Source: Adineta vaga
Taxonomy: Eukaryota; Animalia; Rotifera
Direction: 5' to 3'
Assembly: GCA_021613535.1 (NCBI GenBank)
Contig: CP075494.1
Span: 10,912,001 to 10,976,000, forward strand
DNA length: 64,000 bases
Shown: positions 48,217-61,487 of the stretch, one piece after another
Layout: each line of letters begins with the position of its first letter
Numbering within the stretch: position 1 is the first letter of the stretch
Program-made: the position numbers and the translations under genes
Notes under the pieces: model-generated
Database searches by the model: none
What the model saw: only the letters and a program-made list of their open reading frames with translations
Told to the model about the DNA's origin: nothing

Positions 48217-49349
48217 TCAACACATGATCCAATCGATGTGATTTTTCAGTCGACATTTTTCTGGACATTCACCGAATGGATATGCTGTTGGTTGACAACA
48301 AGGCCTGGAACATCCCACAAAACAATGTGTATCATTCGATGGATGTAATCGACGTGTTGGCCATGGATGAGGATTTTTTGAATAGGATTGCATACATAAA
48401 AAGCTATCATGTGATATGATATCATTGTCAATATAAGGCCAAATATTATCTGATAAAAATCCTTGATCACCTCTTCCACCATATTTATTTACCAACGAAT
48501 GATTCAGCATTTTTTGTAGAAAAAAATTAGCAAATGTTCGATTTAATGCTGGACGAAAACCCCACATACCACCTAGAATACTTCTTGATAGAAGAGATCT
48601 TTATAGATCGGAAATATTTTCTTACCGAGCATCGCAACAAAATGCATTGGATTATCACGCATTGTATGCCATGCTTTACCTGATGATAACCATTCATTGA
48701 CAGCAGCTAGTTCACGTTGTGTTAAAGGTGAATCAAGATCTCGACTCGCCATTACATCTACTAGTTCATCACCTGCTGGTAAAAATCGCCAGATCTTTGG
48801 TGGAATATAACTACTAACACTACCTAAATTTCCTAATGAACTTGCATTACAAAAATCGACATTGTTATAAGCACATTCGATTGAACATATGAGATCATTA
48901 TGAATTGTAGAATCATGATAAATGCGTAAAATCCAATTAGGATAGATATTTTTCATATCAGATATTAATTCATAAAGATATGTCATTGATGAATTTAAAT
49001 TAAATACTGAATTTTGTGCAAAACCAAACATACTAATGGAAATAATCCGTTGATGGCGACCTCGTAAAGTTGAATATTGGCTACACAATGAAGATTTTGT
49101 TTCATCGATAATTAATAAATTCGAATGTTGTTGAGGAAGAGGTCGTTTACATGAACATGATTGTCGACGATAGATTAGTATTTGTTCTTCATTTTCGACA
49201 TTTAATGAAAATAGATTCGTAGATGTAATATCACTAAGGTTAAAGGTTTCATTCGATGAGTTTTGAATAGTAATAAATAAAATTATCAAAGGAATTACAC
49301 ATAGAATAGGAATTATCTTGCGAGAAATAATTAATCGTATCTGTGCCAT
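48217..49349 (-). CDS. Type II membrane protein, glycosyltransferase-like (uncharacterised family), 2 exons
   Basis: N-terminal TM; WRFLP..D..VD...SRDLDS....RE..AV.EWL.SGK..H.MRD.P.H...MLGGMWG; DQGFL. Confidence 0.75.
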
Positions 49350-49918
49350 TTTCCGAATAATGAAAATCAATGTCTAAAAAGCTGAATAGAATTAAAACAG
49401 TTAATAACTAACTTTAGAATGTTTATTATTAAGCAGTCAAAATAAAATGCACGAGAATTTTTTCTTTATCTCTTCCATCCAATGTGAAACAACAATATTT
49501 GTTATTTGATCGTATAGACAGTCATGGCTATATTTTTATGATTAATTCTAACGTTGTTCAAAGAACAACAAAGAAAGACAAATATATTTTGCTATGACTT
49601 CCACATCTCTATGCGTCTCTAAATGAGAAATATATATTTTTTCATTTCTTTTCATACTCATACTATCATTAAAATAAAATGCTATGAACAGAACGAGTAA
49701 CTATCATGAAACAACTTTTTTCTTCAAATACTCAAGAAAAGGAATAGTCATAGCATTTTCAAGTATCATTAACAGACGTTAGAGAAATAAAACTTATTTT
49801 TCAAAAACAAAAAAGGGTTTATTTCAATAATAGAAACGGAAATTCATATAGAAAAACAAATCTAATAGAACACACTTTCAAATATTAATAAACAAAAAAA
49901 TTTTTCTAAACTAATTCA

Positions 49919-52091
49919 TTAAACTCCATATATCTGTCGTGTATTTTCTCTTAATTGATATGCTACTTGTTCAATGGGTAATTGTCGAACTTGTGCAATA
50001 GTTTCGATGACACTATAAGCCATGCCGGGATGCGCACAACGTGAAAGATTGGAAAGCTAAAATAAAAACAAATGTCCTCATTAAATGGATCGTTTTTTTT
50101 TTCTTTTTTATATAAAATACTTCTTCGGGTACGAAATAAGGTGAATCTGTTTCCGATAAGATTTGTCGAAGATCAAGTTGTTCTATGACTGCATGAAGAA
50201 AAGTTCCACGAGTGACTAGAGGAGTAAAGCCAAATCTTATTTCAGTAAAATACGATGTGAAAAGTTCTGCATCAGCAATTGTACCAACGAAACAATGTAA
50301 ATGAATCTTATGATTAGGACCTAAATGCTAAAATAGAACAGCAAATCAATTTGTATATATAGAAATCGATTTTTAGTTACTTCTCTCATTATATCGAATG
50401 TTTGTGGATAAGCATTTCGTGAATGAATTACAATTGGTTTCGACCATTTCGCAGCTAATTTTAATTGTTCACCAAAGACTCGACATTGCTGCTCAGTATC
50501 ACATGTATTTCTTGAAAAGAAAGAAAATCATATATTTCCAATTGAAAGTAGTAAACAAAGAATCTACTTTGGTCCGAAATCTAATCCAATTTCTCCAATT
50601 GCAACTACTTTCGGATGTTGAAGACATCGTTCGATATCGCGTACCGATGAATCTTTCCATGCTGCACTCCAATGTGGATGAATTCCACATGAACCATAAA
50701 CACGTTCATCATTTAAATATTTCGAATATCGATTCATCCAATTGTCTATATTGAAGAGAGAAAAAAAAGACCGATTTCAATCAAATCAAATCAATTTCAT
50801 ACTTGGAGTTAAATGGCGTGGTCGCCAAAAAACATGAATAGCTAATTCAAATGAAAGACCGGGTGGATAAAAATCTTTATAATCATGAAAATATTTAGTT
50901 AAATCATTATGTTTGATATAAAGTCTAAATGAAAAATGATGAATCAATGTTTCTTTTATTGAAATTCTACCGATCAAATATCAAATCAAAATGACAATGT
51001 GTATCAACAATGGGTATTGATTGATTTTTTATCAAACGTTGGGATATATTGATCATTGTTTCACGTAATGGTACTGATGTATGAAAACTATCCCAATATT
51101 CGGATTTATTTTTAATTGATACTACTTGTTGTCGTTTATTACTAATTAAAACAAGTGAAACTTGAATTTTGAAAAAGAAAATCAATATATGAATACGTAC
51201 GATTGACAACAATCAAGTAATTCGGAAGGAATAAATGAATGACATTTTTCTGTTGGTGTAGGTACAGATTGAAATATTGGATATTGACGTATAGGAGAAG
51301 ATTTATTGATATTTAAAACAGAATTCGATTGATAACTATTATCTGTAAAACTGTAATGAAATCAAATTCGAATTGCAAAAGAAAATTTATGAATTAAATT
51401 TTGTCTACTTGAATGAAGTTAGATCAAATTTTCGATTTGATTTGATTTCATCGTCTTGAGTTTGAGAAGAAGCAATTATCTGATGTATTCGAGTGCACCA
51501 TTGTTGAGCAATATGCATGGCTGATAATGGTTCTATCTCTGAAGACGAACTCGACGGAAACTGTGGAGTACCATCTGGATCTATTTCGTTTGTATCTTCA
51601 GCTTGAACAGAAGAATGTAGGTTTTTCTCGAAGCAAAAAAAAATATGGTATGATTACCTTTCTGTTGTACGCTTTCGATTGATTCACTTTCACATAGGAT
51701 AATGCGTTTTGGTGGAATTAGGATATTCTCTGACGTATCTTTAGTGTTGGTTAATTCGAGATGATGTCGTTCAGAATATTCTCTTCAGAAAAAGAATGAA
51801 TGAGATTGAGATCGAGATGAAAAGTTATACTTATACTAACTTTAATGTAATAACACGTCGAGGTGTCGTTTTAATTACATCAGATTTTGTTAAACATTCA
51901 ATAAAAACATTTCGATTGGCAAAGATTTGTGATTCTTTTCGTTTTTTGCTTTCAATTTCATCCGATTGATCATTTAAACTATTATTTAACGCAAGATTTT
52001 CATTGATTAATGATTTTAAACTCTCTAAAGTATCAGAAGATACATAGGGTCGTTTCCTGTCATTATCTAATGATGATGTTAAATCATTCAT
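49919..52091 (-). CDS. TatD-family nuclease with a long N-terminal extension (TATDN2-like), multi-exon
   Basis: VDTHCHFD, GIHPH, AIGEIGLD, PIVIHSR, IHLHCF, LSETDSPYF. Confidence 0.85.
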
Positions 52092-52540
52092 CCTTTAAAT
52101 TTAATCTCCTAATAAACGATCTCTATCTATCGATCGATATATCGATTCATTTTTACAATCCGAGAATATTAAGTTTTAAACAAATCAAAGTCATATCCAT
52201 TAAGTCTAATTATAGATAGCGCCAAGTATCAGTTCACTATGTTTCGATTTGGATAATCTATATAACGTAATAAATACAAAGCAGTTTTTTTTTAATATTA
52301 ATATTTCTAAAACATCATTTCGAACGATTCGCGGTCAATGTATGTAAACACAACATAATATCTTTAGCAAAATAAAATAACATTTTGATACATTTTTTTT
52401 CTTTGTAAACTTTGAAAGTTATTTACTTGCGTCTCAGTACTACTATTCAGATATGAATGTTCATCATTCTACTGGATAATCTATAGTCGTTCTTGTCTTT
52501 TAACCTTTTATTTTTTTAATCAACAAACCAAAAAAAACAT

Positions 52541-54776
52541 CTAATGTTTCAAAAACCTTACTCCAAGAAATGCTACAATTCGACAGAATAAAATAAATGC
52601 AATCAATGCTCCAATACATCCTCCAATATTAATGTAATCCAAACCCAATTGTGCGATCGTTTTCTCTCCATTTGGTATACATGTACTATTTCCTGCATCA
52701 GCACATGATAAGACTAATCCTTGTAATTCATTCAAACTTATACCAACATAAGTATATTTTGCATAGGAAAGTGCATCAAGCCATGAGAAATATTTCGGTA
52801 AATTAGCAGGCGATAAAAAGAATCCACCGAAAAGACGAGAGACTTCTAATGCCATTGGAAGAACAGTTACACTCATATCAGTTGTTTTACAAAGAGCAGA
52901 TATCATTAATGCTAATGATGTTGCAGATAATGAACAAAGAGTCATAAAGAACATGAAGAGAAAGAATTTTCCAGCTAATGGTTGTAAACCAATAATAAAA
53001 TAAGCAACACATGACTAGAATAATTTCATGAAAGGTAATATATTTCAAAAATCATTTTACTTACAAATACAATTGGTACTGGAATTTGAACGAGTGTATC
53101 AGCAAGAATCTTTGCCGAAAAATAAGCACTTGCAAAATATGTACCTGATGCTCGTTCACGTAATGTTAATGCTCGTTCCATTGGAAATGAATTAATAACC
53201 ATTAATGCACCAAAAATACCTTGATTAACAACACAAAAGAATAGAACTGGTTGTCGACGAACTGTACTTTTTTGTCCTGTACCAATTTGAAGAAAAGCTG
53301 TTCCAATCAAAACAGCGATAACTATCGTTTGAACCATTGAAGTAATAATCACTCTTGATGTTCGTAAATGTTCTTGAAAATTTCGTCGAAGTAATATTCG
53401 AACTTGTTTATGCCAAATTGGATTTTTTGGAAGATTACTCATTTGAGCTATACGTTTGTCTGCGCCCATATTTAAATCAATTGCAATCGGAGGTTGTGCA
53501 GAAATAATTGCTTGATCGTTTATTGCTTGTTGTTCGAGAGAAACAAAACCTTCATCACATGCTGAATTTGGATCATATTTTGATGGTGTAATGACATCTA
53601 AAAGATGATCAGCTGGATTTGTATATACAGGACATGGAAAACCGGCAGATCGAAATGTTTCCTAAGGAAAAAGAAATTTCGAAAAATTCAATGATTTATT
53701 TATTATTTTTCTTACCATTGCATTTTTTCGTGGACCTTGATAAACAATTTGACCGGCTTTAAGTAGAATAAGTGAATCAAATAGATTGAAAATTTTTGAT
53801 TGTGGTTGATGAATTGAACAAACAATTGTTACAGCTTTTTCCGAAGATTTTCCATGAGCAAGTGAATGAAATGTTCGAAGAAGATCAAGTGCTGTCACTG
53901 AATCTAATCCTGATGTTGGTTCATCAAGAAATAACAATTGAGGACGATTTAATAATTGCATACCAACACATAAACGTTTTCGTTCACCACCTGATATACC
54001 TTTTATTAATGGTGTTCCAACAATAACATCACGAACATGTATTAAACCTAAATCAATCATAACATCTTCGACACGTGAACGACGTTGTTCATCAGTAAAT
54101 TCTCGTGGTAAACGAAGTTCAGCTGTATACATCAATGTTTCTTCAACAGTTAAAGATCCATTTAATAAATCATCTTGCATAACATATCCAGCAATACGTT
54201 TCAATTCAGCATTATCATATGGACAACCATTTAAACGCATTTCACCTTGAACAATTGTATTCACATCCAAACGGCAAGCTAGTGTATTCAACAGAGTCGA
54301 TTTACCAGAACCGGATGGACCTACAAAATTAGAAAAATCAGAAGAAAGAATATTTTAATAGAAGACAAAAAACATATCTTACCCATAACTGCCCATAATC
54401 CACCAGTAATTGCTCCACTAACATTATTCAATAGACATTTTCGTTTGGGAACAAAATCTTTATACGATTTCAAACGTTGAAAAAATTCCTTTTTCTTATC
54501 AGGCCGTGTTGAAACTGATAAACTTTGCCAAACAAGTATTGTACTTACACGATCAGACAAAGGATCAAGTAAAGATAATTGACGATCATTAGGATTACTC
54601 GTACTTGATCGTGGTTGATATTGATTAAATTCAATTGAATGAACGGATGAATTATGTTGCTTTCGATTTTTACCAGATACTGGAGCAGATTTCTCTTCTG
54701 AAAAATCCACACTTACTTGATTTTCATTGAGAGGTGTTAATGGCGTATTCTTTCCAGGTTGGTTTTTGTTTGTCAT
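52541..54776 (-). CDS. ABCG (white-like) half transporter, multi-exon; start uncertain
   Basis: Walker A GPSGSGKST, signature ISGGERKR, Walker B LFLDEPTSGLD, SIHQP, C-terminal TM domain. Confidence 0.93.
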
Positions 54777-55936
54777 ATTATCGGTAATGATTGCAGACGG
54801 AGGAACTTCGGAAGACTTCAAAAGATCTATAAAATAATCAAATTTAATTACAACGGAATGATATAGACTATAATGTTGAGTTCAACTGGTAGAAGTAACT
54901 GTTAAAATATGTACATAAACAAGTCGATTAGTCATTTATATCAATCGAATTCAAATGATCAATATTGCCTGTAAATACAGGAAAGAACAAGGTTTTTCTC
55001 TTTTCTCGTAGGTATATATACGCTTCTTTTTCTCATGCAAATAAATTGCAATAATTAATGAAAAGGTTTGTATGAAACTAGAAAGTAAACCACTCCCGTT
55101 ACCGGTATGAAACGATTCATTGATGTTACTTACTTTTTTTCATTCCGAGGTAACACCCATGAGAGCGAACTAGTTACATATCTGGTTCAAAGCAGCGTTT
55201 AATTACAAATGTATTTCAATTCAATCCAGTATACCAACGTATACATCATCATTATTCAAAAAGTGCGTTTATTATGCAAGTCATTACAAAAGATATGATC
55301 ACTATAGAAAGGATTTTTGATTGCAACATTTAAATATTCAATACTTCACTCTTCCATCTATAGAATTGCTCATGATGATTGATTTTTCAATGATCGAATG
55401 AACTTTTATGAAAGAGAGAATAATGACAAGATGTATGAATAATTCAAAAAAAAAATTTTTTAATCAGATAGAACTGTTCAAACAATATCTTTTCGAACAA
55501 AGACAAGAAAAAGCACAAGCAACGTTTTCTCAGTTATAAACGTTTTGAATATTACTCGCTCTCAAGATTAAATTTTGAATTTCTTTTCAAGCAAATTCGC
55601 TATTAACATTCTGTTCATTTCGTACAGATATTCATCAAACTTCCGTTGTCTTTTTCAACCAATGTTAAAGGTAATACTTTCATTATACCTTTAAACAAAG
55701 CTAATTACAGATTATTATCTCCTATAGCATCATACATTTGTTTGGCTTTGGTAAAGAAGACATACAAAATCTTTGCTGAATATATATTCTTAATCTAATT
55801 TCCATTAAACGAGATTCGGAAAGAACTTTTTAAAGTTCTTTCCATAATTATATTGAGAACACAAAAAAGAAGCCAAGCACACGCACACACACACATAAGC
55901 AATAATGTACATGTAAAAGTGATTTGAATTGTTATG

Positions 55937-57445
55937 TTATTGTACAATATTTTCATTTTCTTCTTCATTCAAAACTTGAAATGTTGGAATAAATATTTCT
56001 TCATTATTTCCAACGGTAACTAAATCTCGATTGTCACTATCATAGTGTGCACGCATTAAATTGAATTTAAGATGATGATTATATGGATATTGTTGTTGAG
56101 TATTTTGTAAACTACTTTGTCGCCGACGATTTTTATATAGACTTAAATAAAGAAACGAAGTTATACTTGTTTTGCGTGATGAATTGGTCGCAAAACTTAA
56201 TGAACGATTAATCTGTAAATAACGTCGACAAGATCGACGAAATTTTGTGGATAAGATATTATAAATAATCTGAAAAAAGACAAAAGAATCGTTAAGAATA
56301 ATGAATATTTGTTGTTGTTGTTTTCGCTTTGATTACTTACTGGATTTGCTGTAAAGTTCAGGAAAAAAAGTAATTTCGATAGTTTCCATATCCAAATCCA
56401 TGCTAACTGTGGCATTACTTCCACATTTCGAACATGCCTATACATATCAATCAATTGAATAATACGTACTGGAAATTGACAAGCAAAAAAAGCGACTGTA
56501 ACAAGACAAATAATGACTGTATTCAAACGTTTTTGTTCAAAACGTTTATAGGAAAGAAATGAATTGGATTGTTGTTGATCAGCCGTGAAAACTAAACCAT
56601 TATTCACACTATTTGTTTCGTCATCAATTTGTTGTTGTTGTTGTTGTTGTTGTTGATTTTTTCTTATTGCACGTAAATGAACAGCACGATGACGAACTAA
56701 TTCCAAAATAATTCGTGCATAAATATAAGTTAAAACAAAAAATGGAATAAATATCAGAATGACAATAAACCATGTTATACAAGTACGTGAAAAACTTGTA
56801 TTTGCATCTAAATGACAAACTGTAATTAAATTAGTTGTCGTATTAAATGAATCAGTTGGATTAAAAGATGGATCATAAACAGCAAAGATGAGAAATGGAA
56901 AAGAAAATATTAAACCAATAGCCCAAATTAAAAGAATAGTTATTAATGTTAATGTTTCATTGAATATATCGTGAACCTAAATATATTGAACATCTTAAGA
57001 AAATGTGTATGTGTGTGTGTGTTTTTGTTTCATTTACCTTAAATGGTTCACATATGGCAATAAAACGTTCAAAACTAATTGCCATGATCGTTAATGATGA
57101 AACACTTGTTGCACAACTTTCAATATATTGATTGCTTAAACAAAAAAATCTACCCATATACCATTGATCTTTTGCCCAAATATCATGTATAGCTGTTGGA
57201 ATGCAAAATAATAGAACAAGAACGTCAGCTGCACTGAGATTAGCAAAAAAATAATTGGTAAAATGTTTCAAATCATTATTTTTTAATGTAACAAAAAGTA
57301 CAATAAAATTGCCGACAAGACCAGAAATAAGAACAAGAATATAAACAATTGTAAAAAATATCAATGAACCTAAAGTTTCATCGGATGAAATCATCATCGA
57401 GTCAGACTCGATTTCTTGTAGTTGTGTGAAATTTTGACCCGTCAT
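55937..57445 (-). CDS. Neuropeptide GPCR (ETH-receptor/TRH-receptor-like), 3 exons
   Basis: GN in TM1, TNYFFANLSAAD, ISFERFIAICEP, FFACQFP, NPIIYNILSTKFR; poly-Q in intracellular loop 3. Confidence 0.85.
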
Positions 57446-58664
57446 ATCATTCTAAATATTCTCAAGCAAAAAGAAAACCAAGATCAATGATAGAAATAGA
57501 GTGTTATACAACTCGATAGATCGACAGACAGAGAGGAAAAATGCTTTAAACAAACATGACAGGAGGTATGAGAAACATTATATAGAAATGCAAGAATGGA
57601 ATGTGTACATGAGAGAAGAGTTCATATATCCTTAAGCGAAAGAAAAAAAAACGAGTTCAATAGTCATCATTCATCATCCTAAAACAATTTTGCATCCATC
57701 GATGTGTCTATATATGTCGATGGTAATGATATTCAGACTGATGTCAATTAGAAGAAAAAGTAAACAAATGGATCAATAAAGAAAGAGGGAGAGAGAAGAT
57801 TTGATAGGAATATTATTTGTACTCGAGAGTCAAAAAGCTCATCTCCGTCAGAAGTATCATCGAAGAGAAAATGACGTGATAAAAAAGGGTCATTTGACAT
57901 GTTATTACAGTTAAAAATATAACTTTATGTACTGGTTTTCTTTTCAGTTGATAAATAAGAAAAGAAAAAGAAGTTCTCAACTCTGTTCTCTCTTAACTTT
58001 ACCATTCCCAACGGCTATACGTCATGAAAATGCCTTTCATTTCTTGTTAGAATGAACGATACTAATTTTCCTTTCTACTGATGAAATCTTTCTCAGATCT
58101 AATGAAGAACAAAGAAAAAACACAAGGGAAAAAAAGGAAAACGAGACATAAATCGAAGATGACAAGGTGAACAGAGATTTGTTTAATATATTCTTTTTTT
58201 CTTCTCCATACGAATTTACTCAAGCGACATGTTCTATTTCAAACAAAAGTATCAATACGTTTGTGTTTCTATCTAATTATTTATATCTATATGAATCCGT
58301 TCTATGTAAACATATCATCTGACATTTACTAAGAAATTTCTCACGGTAATGTCGTTTGCCTTATCTTTTTTCGAATAAAATATATAGAACAGATTTCTAC
58401 GATCAAGTTGATTACACAATCAAATCAATAATTAGACTTCGAATATGTCAATATTTTTCTTATTTATATCCTCGTATAGAATATCCTTGCTTTCAAACAG
58501 TTGTTCTATCGTATAGTAGGATAACGAAGACCATGAACTAATGTTATAGGATACAATTGCTAGGAAATAATTTGTTTCTAAAAAGTTTTACGAAATCTCA
58601 TATCAGATAGATTTTGTTTTTCTTTTCTCTACGCGGCAAAAATTGAAAAATCTTTTCTTCTTCA

Positions 58665-59208
58665 ATGACTAATCAAACCGAAATTTCCTTAATAACATCG
58701 CAAATCGATGATAATTCAACGATCATAACCGATACAATAGAATTCGATTGTCATATACCAAAAGATTTATTTTCATGTTTAATCTGTTATGAAACATTTG
58801 GTATTGATCAACAACAACAACTTGTAGCTTTAAAATGTGGTCACATGTTTTGTGCATCATGTATTCATCAATGGTTTACAGCAAATAAAGGTTTGTTTTC
58901 TAGAAAATCTATTTCATAAGTTTGCTTTCGATTCTTTCTTAGTTTGTCCAACATGTCGAAAACGTTGTTGGTTAAAAGATATTTTATACATCGATGTTTC
59001 AACTTGTATTGTTATGTATGGTAAAAAGAAAATTGATAACTTAAGTGCTGAACGTGATCGACTTAAACATGACATTCAAACATTAAGAGAAGCCATTAAA
59101 ACAACACGACAATCTGTTCGAAAGATTAAATATCGTTTCAAAACGAAACAACGTCTATTAAATCGATTGAATTATATTTGTAAACAAAATTCTCGAAAAC
59201 TAAAATAA
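58665..59208 (+). CDS. RING-finger protein with a coiled coil, 2 exons
   Basis: CLIC...CGHMFCASC...W...CPTC across the intron at 58891-58941. Confidence 0.82.
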
Positions 59209-60306
59209 AATCTCGAATTTCTATTGCATCAATGAGATGTTTGTCATGAAACAAAAATAATCTCGAAATGTATGTGACGGTATAAAATAACGCTTGAATA
59301 AACACATTATATTTAGATCTGAAACAAAGAAAAGTAATTAATAAAACATTGAATCTTTTTTACAGACTTTTGAATTGAATGGATAGGTATTATTTACGTA
59401 TATTAAATCTCTTTATTGTACAATGTTTAGAGAATGCTTTTGATTAATTTTTATGCTAAAAATAGAAACTTTCTTTTGACGTATGTCTGTTTTTTATTAC
59501 ATGAAAAGTAACTAAAGTACCTGTTTTTTCTTCTATGAATATAATATTAATAATAAAATCAAGTTGATTTTAATAGCAACTGTACCAAGAAAAGCGATCT
59601 AAATAAAGAATCTTTTCATAGATTTCAAGTACTTTCATATGATACCACAGACTTTCTCATTAGCGTTCGATGCTTGTTCCACTATTACTCTGTGTAGAGT
59701 TCTTCAACCTCTTCCAAATAACTGATTTTAAGTAAAAAGAACGACTCAATCGTCTTTATTCAATAAAATCAATAAGTTCTTTATGTATACGATCAGTAAA
59801 TAAACGTAATTGTAGCTACTTGAGGCAACGATTGTCTAAGATAAATTGTACCTAGTCGTCATACGGCATGTACCTGTCTGGAAGAATACATCGATGAATA
59901 TTTAGCAAAACAATTCGTAAGCTCTGATCTCAATAGATCCTATTGATGAAGAGCACGAATTAACAAACTTATATAAATGATCAGATAAATATTTGATAAG
60001 TAAAACATTCTCGAGCATATCATATTAAGGTTCAAATATATAATTTGTCATGAAAATTTCAATATCAAGGTTTGCATAGGTATAATAATACAATTGTAAC
60101 CTTGTCGACATCAAAAATATTTTTGTCTCTTTTTGTCAAAACAAAACAAAACAAAATACGTAAATGTCCTTGCTTGTCATTTCTTACCAAATATATCATC
60201 AGGTTTTTGTGAAGATTTTTCAGCTGTATTGACATTATTTGGTATTAATATTGACATTTCCAAAAAGAACATCCAACGTCTAATCACTCATTTCATCAGT
60301 ATCAAC

Positions 60307-61487
60307 ATGCGTCTGTGGGATTGGTTTTTTAAACTTACAGGCAAGTTTTCTTTTGAATATCGATAATCATAGTGTAGTACTTTTTTTTTCTAATAGTTTA
60401 TTTTAAAGTTTGGTCGACAAAAGCTCCATCAACTATTGTCTTTGTTGGTACATACAGTGGCGATGGATCTAGCGATAGTAAAGGCATCTATGCTTTTACA
60501 TTAGATGAAACTAAATCAACTCTCATACCATTGGGTTTAGCTGCCGCTACAACGAATGCATCTTATGTTCTAGTTCATCCATCACATAAATATCTGTATG
60601 CCGTAAATGAACAAGACGATGGAATGGTAAGTTCATTTGAAATTGATTCAACGAAACCAGGACGTTTAACTTTAATTAATCAACAATCATCTCGTGGTAG
60701 TGGACCTTGTTATTTATCAACAAATCGAGTTGGTGAATATATCTTTGTTGCTAATTATAATAATGGAACCGTTGCTGTTCTACCAATTAATTCAAATGAT
60801 GGTAGTATTAAACAATCGACTGGTTTCGATCAACAGACAGGTTCATCAATTGATCCTATTCGTCAAACATCAGCTCATGCTCATTGTATTCTGCTTGATA
60901 AACGAGAACAATTTGCCCTAAGTGCTGATTTAGGTTCCGATCAAATTTATCATTATAGATTTTTTCCTAATAATGGTTCAATATTACGAACATCGATTAC
61001 AAAAGCAGCACGACCCGGCGATGGACCACGACATATCATATTCAATTCGAATCAAAAATATGTTTATTTAATGAATGAATTAAAATCAACAATAACTGTT
61101 TTCAATTACTTTCCAAATATGCAATCAATTCAAATTGTATCTACACTTCCGGAAAATTTTACAGCAATGAACACTGGTGCTGAACTTCTTCTTCATCCAA
61201 TCACAGAAAAATATCTCTATGCATCAAATCGTGGTCATGATTCGATTGCCGTTTTCTCTGTTGATAATAATACTGGATTTTTAACACTTATTCAACATAT
61301 TAGTGTTCAAGGACATACACCAAGAAATTTCAATATTTCACCGAATGGAAAATTTCTTATTGTTGCTAATCAAGATTCGAATAATGTAGTTCTTTTTACT
61401 ATCGATGAAAATACCGGAAAATTAACTTCAACCGGATCAATTGTAGAAGTTAGCAAACCAACATGTGTGAAATATTTAGTATCATAG
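60307..61487 (+). CDS. Lactonase / 6-phosphogluconolactonase (Pgl/YbhE 7-bladed propeller, bacterial type); short first exon 60307-60340
   Basis: VGTY, LYAVNE, VANY..G, HAH, DLGSD, GPRH, LYASNRGHDSI, PRNF, VANQDS. Confidence 0.88.
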
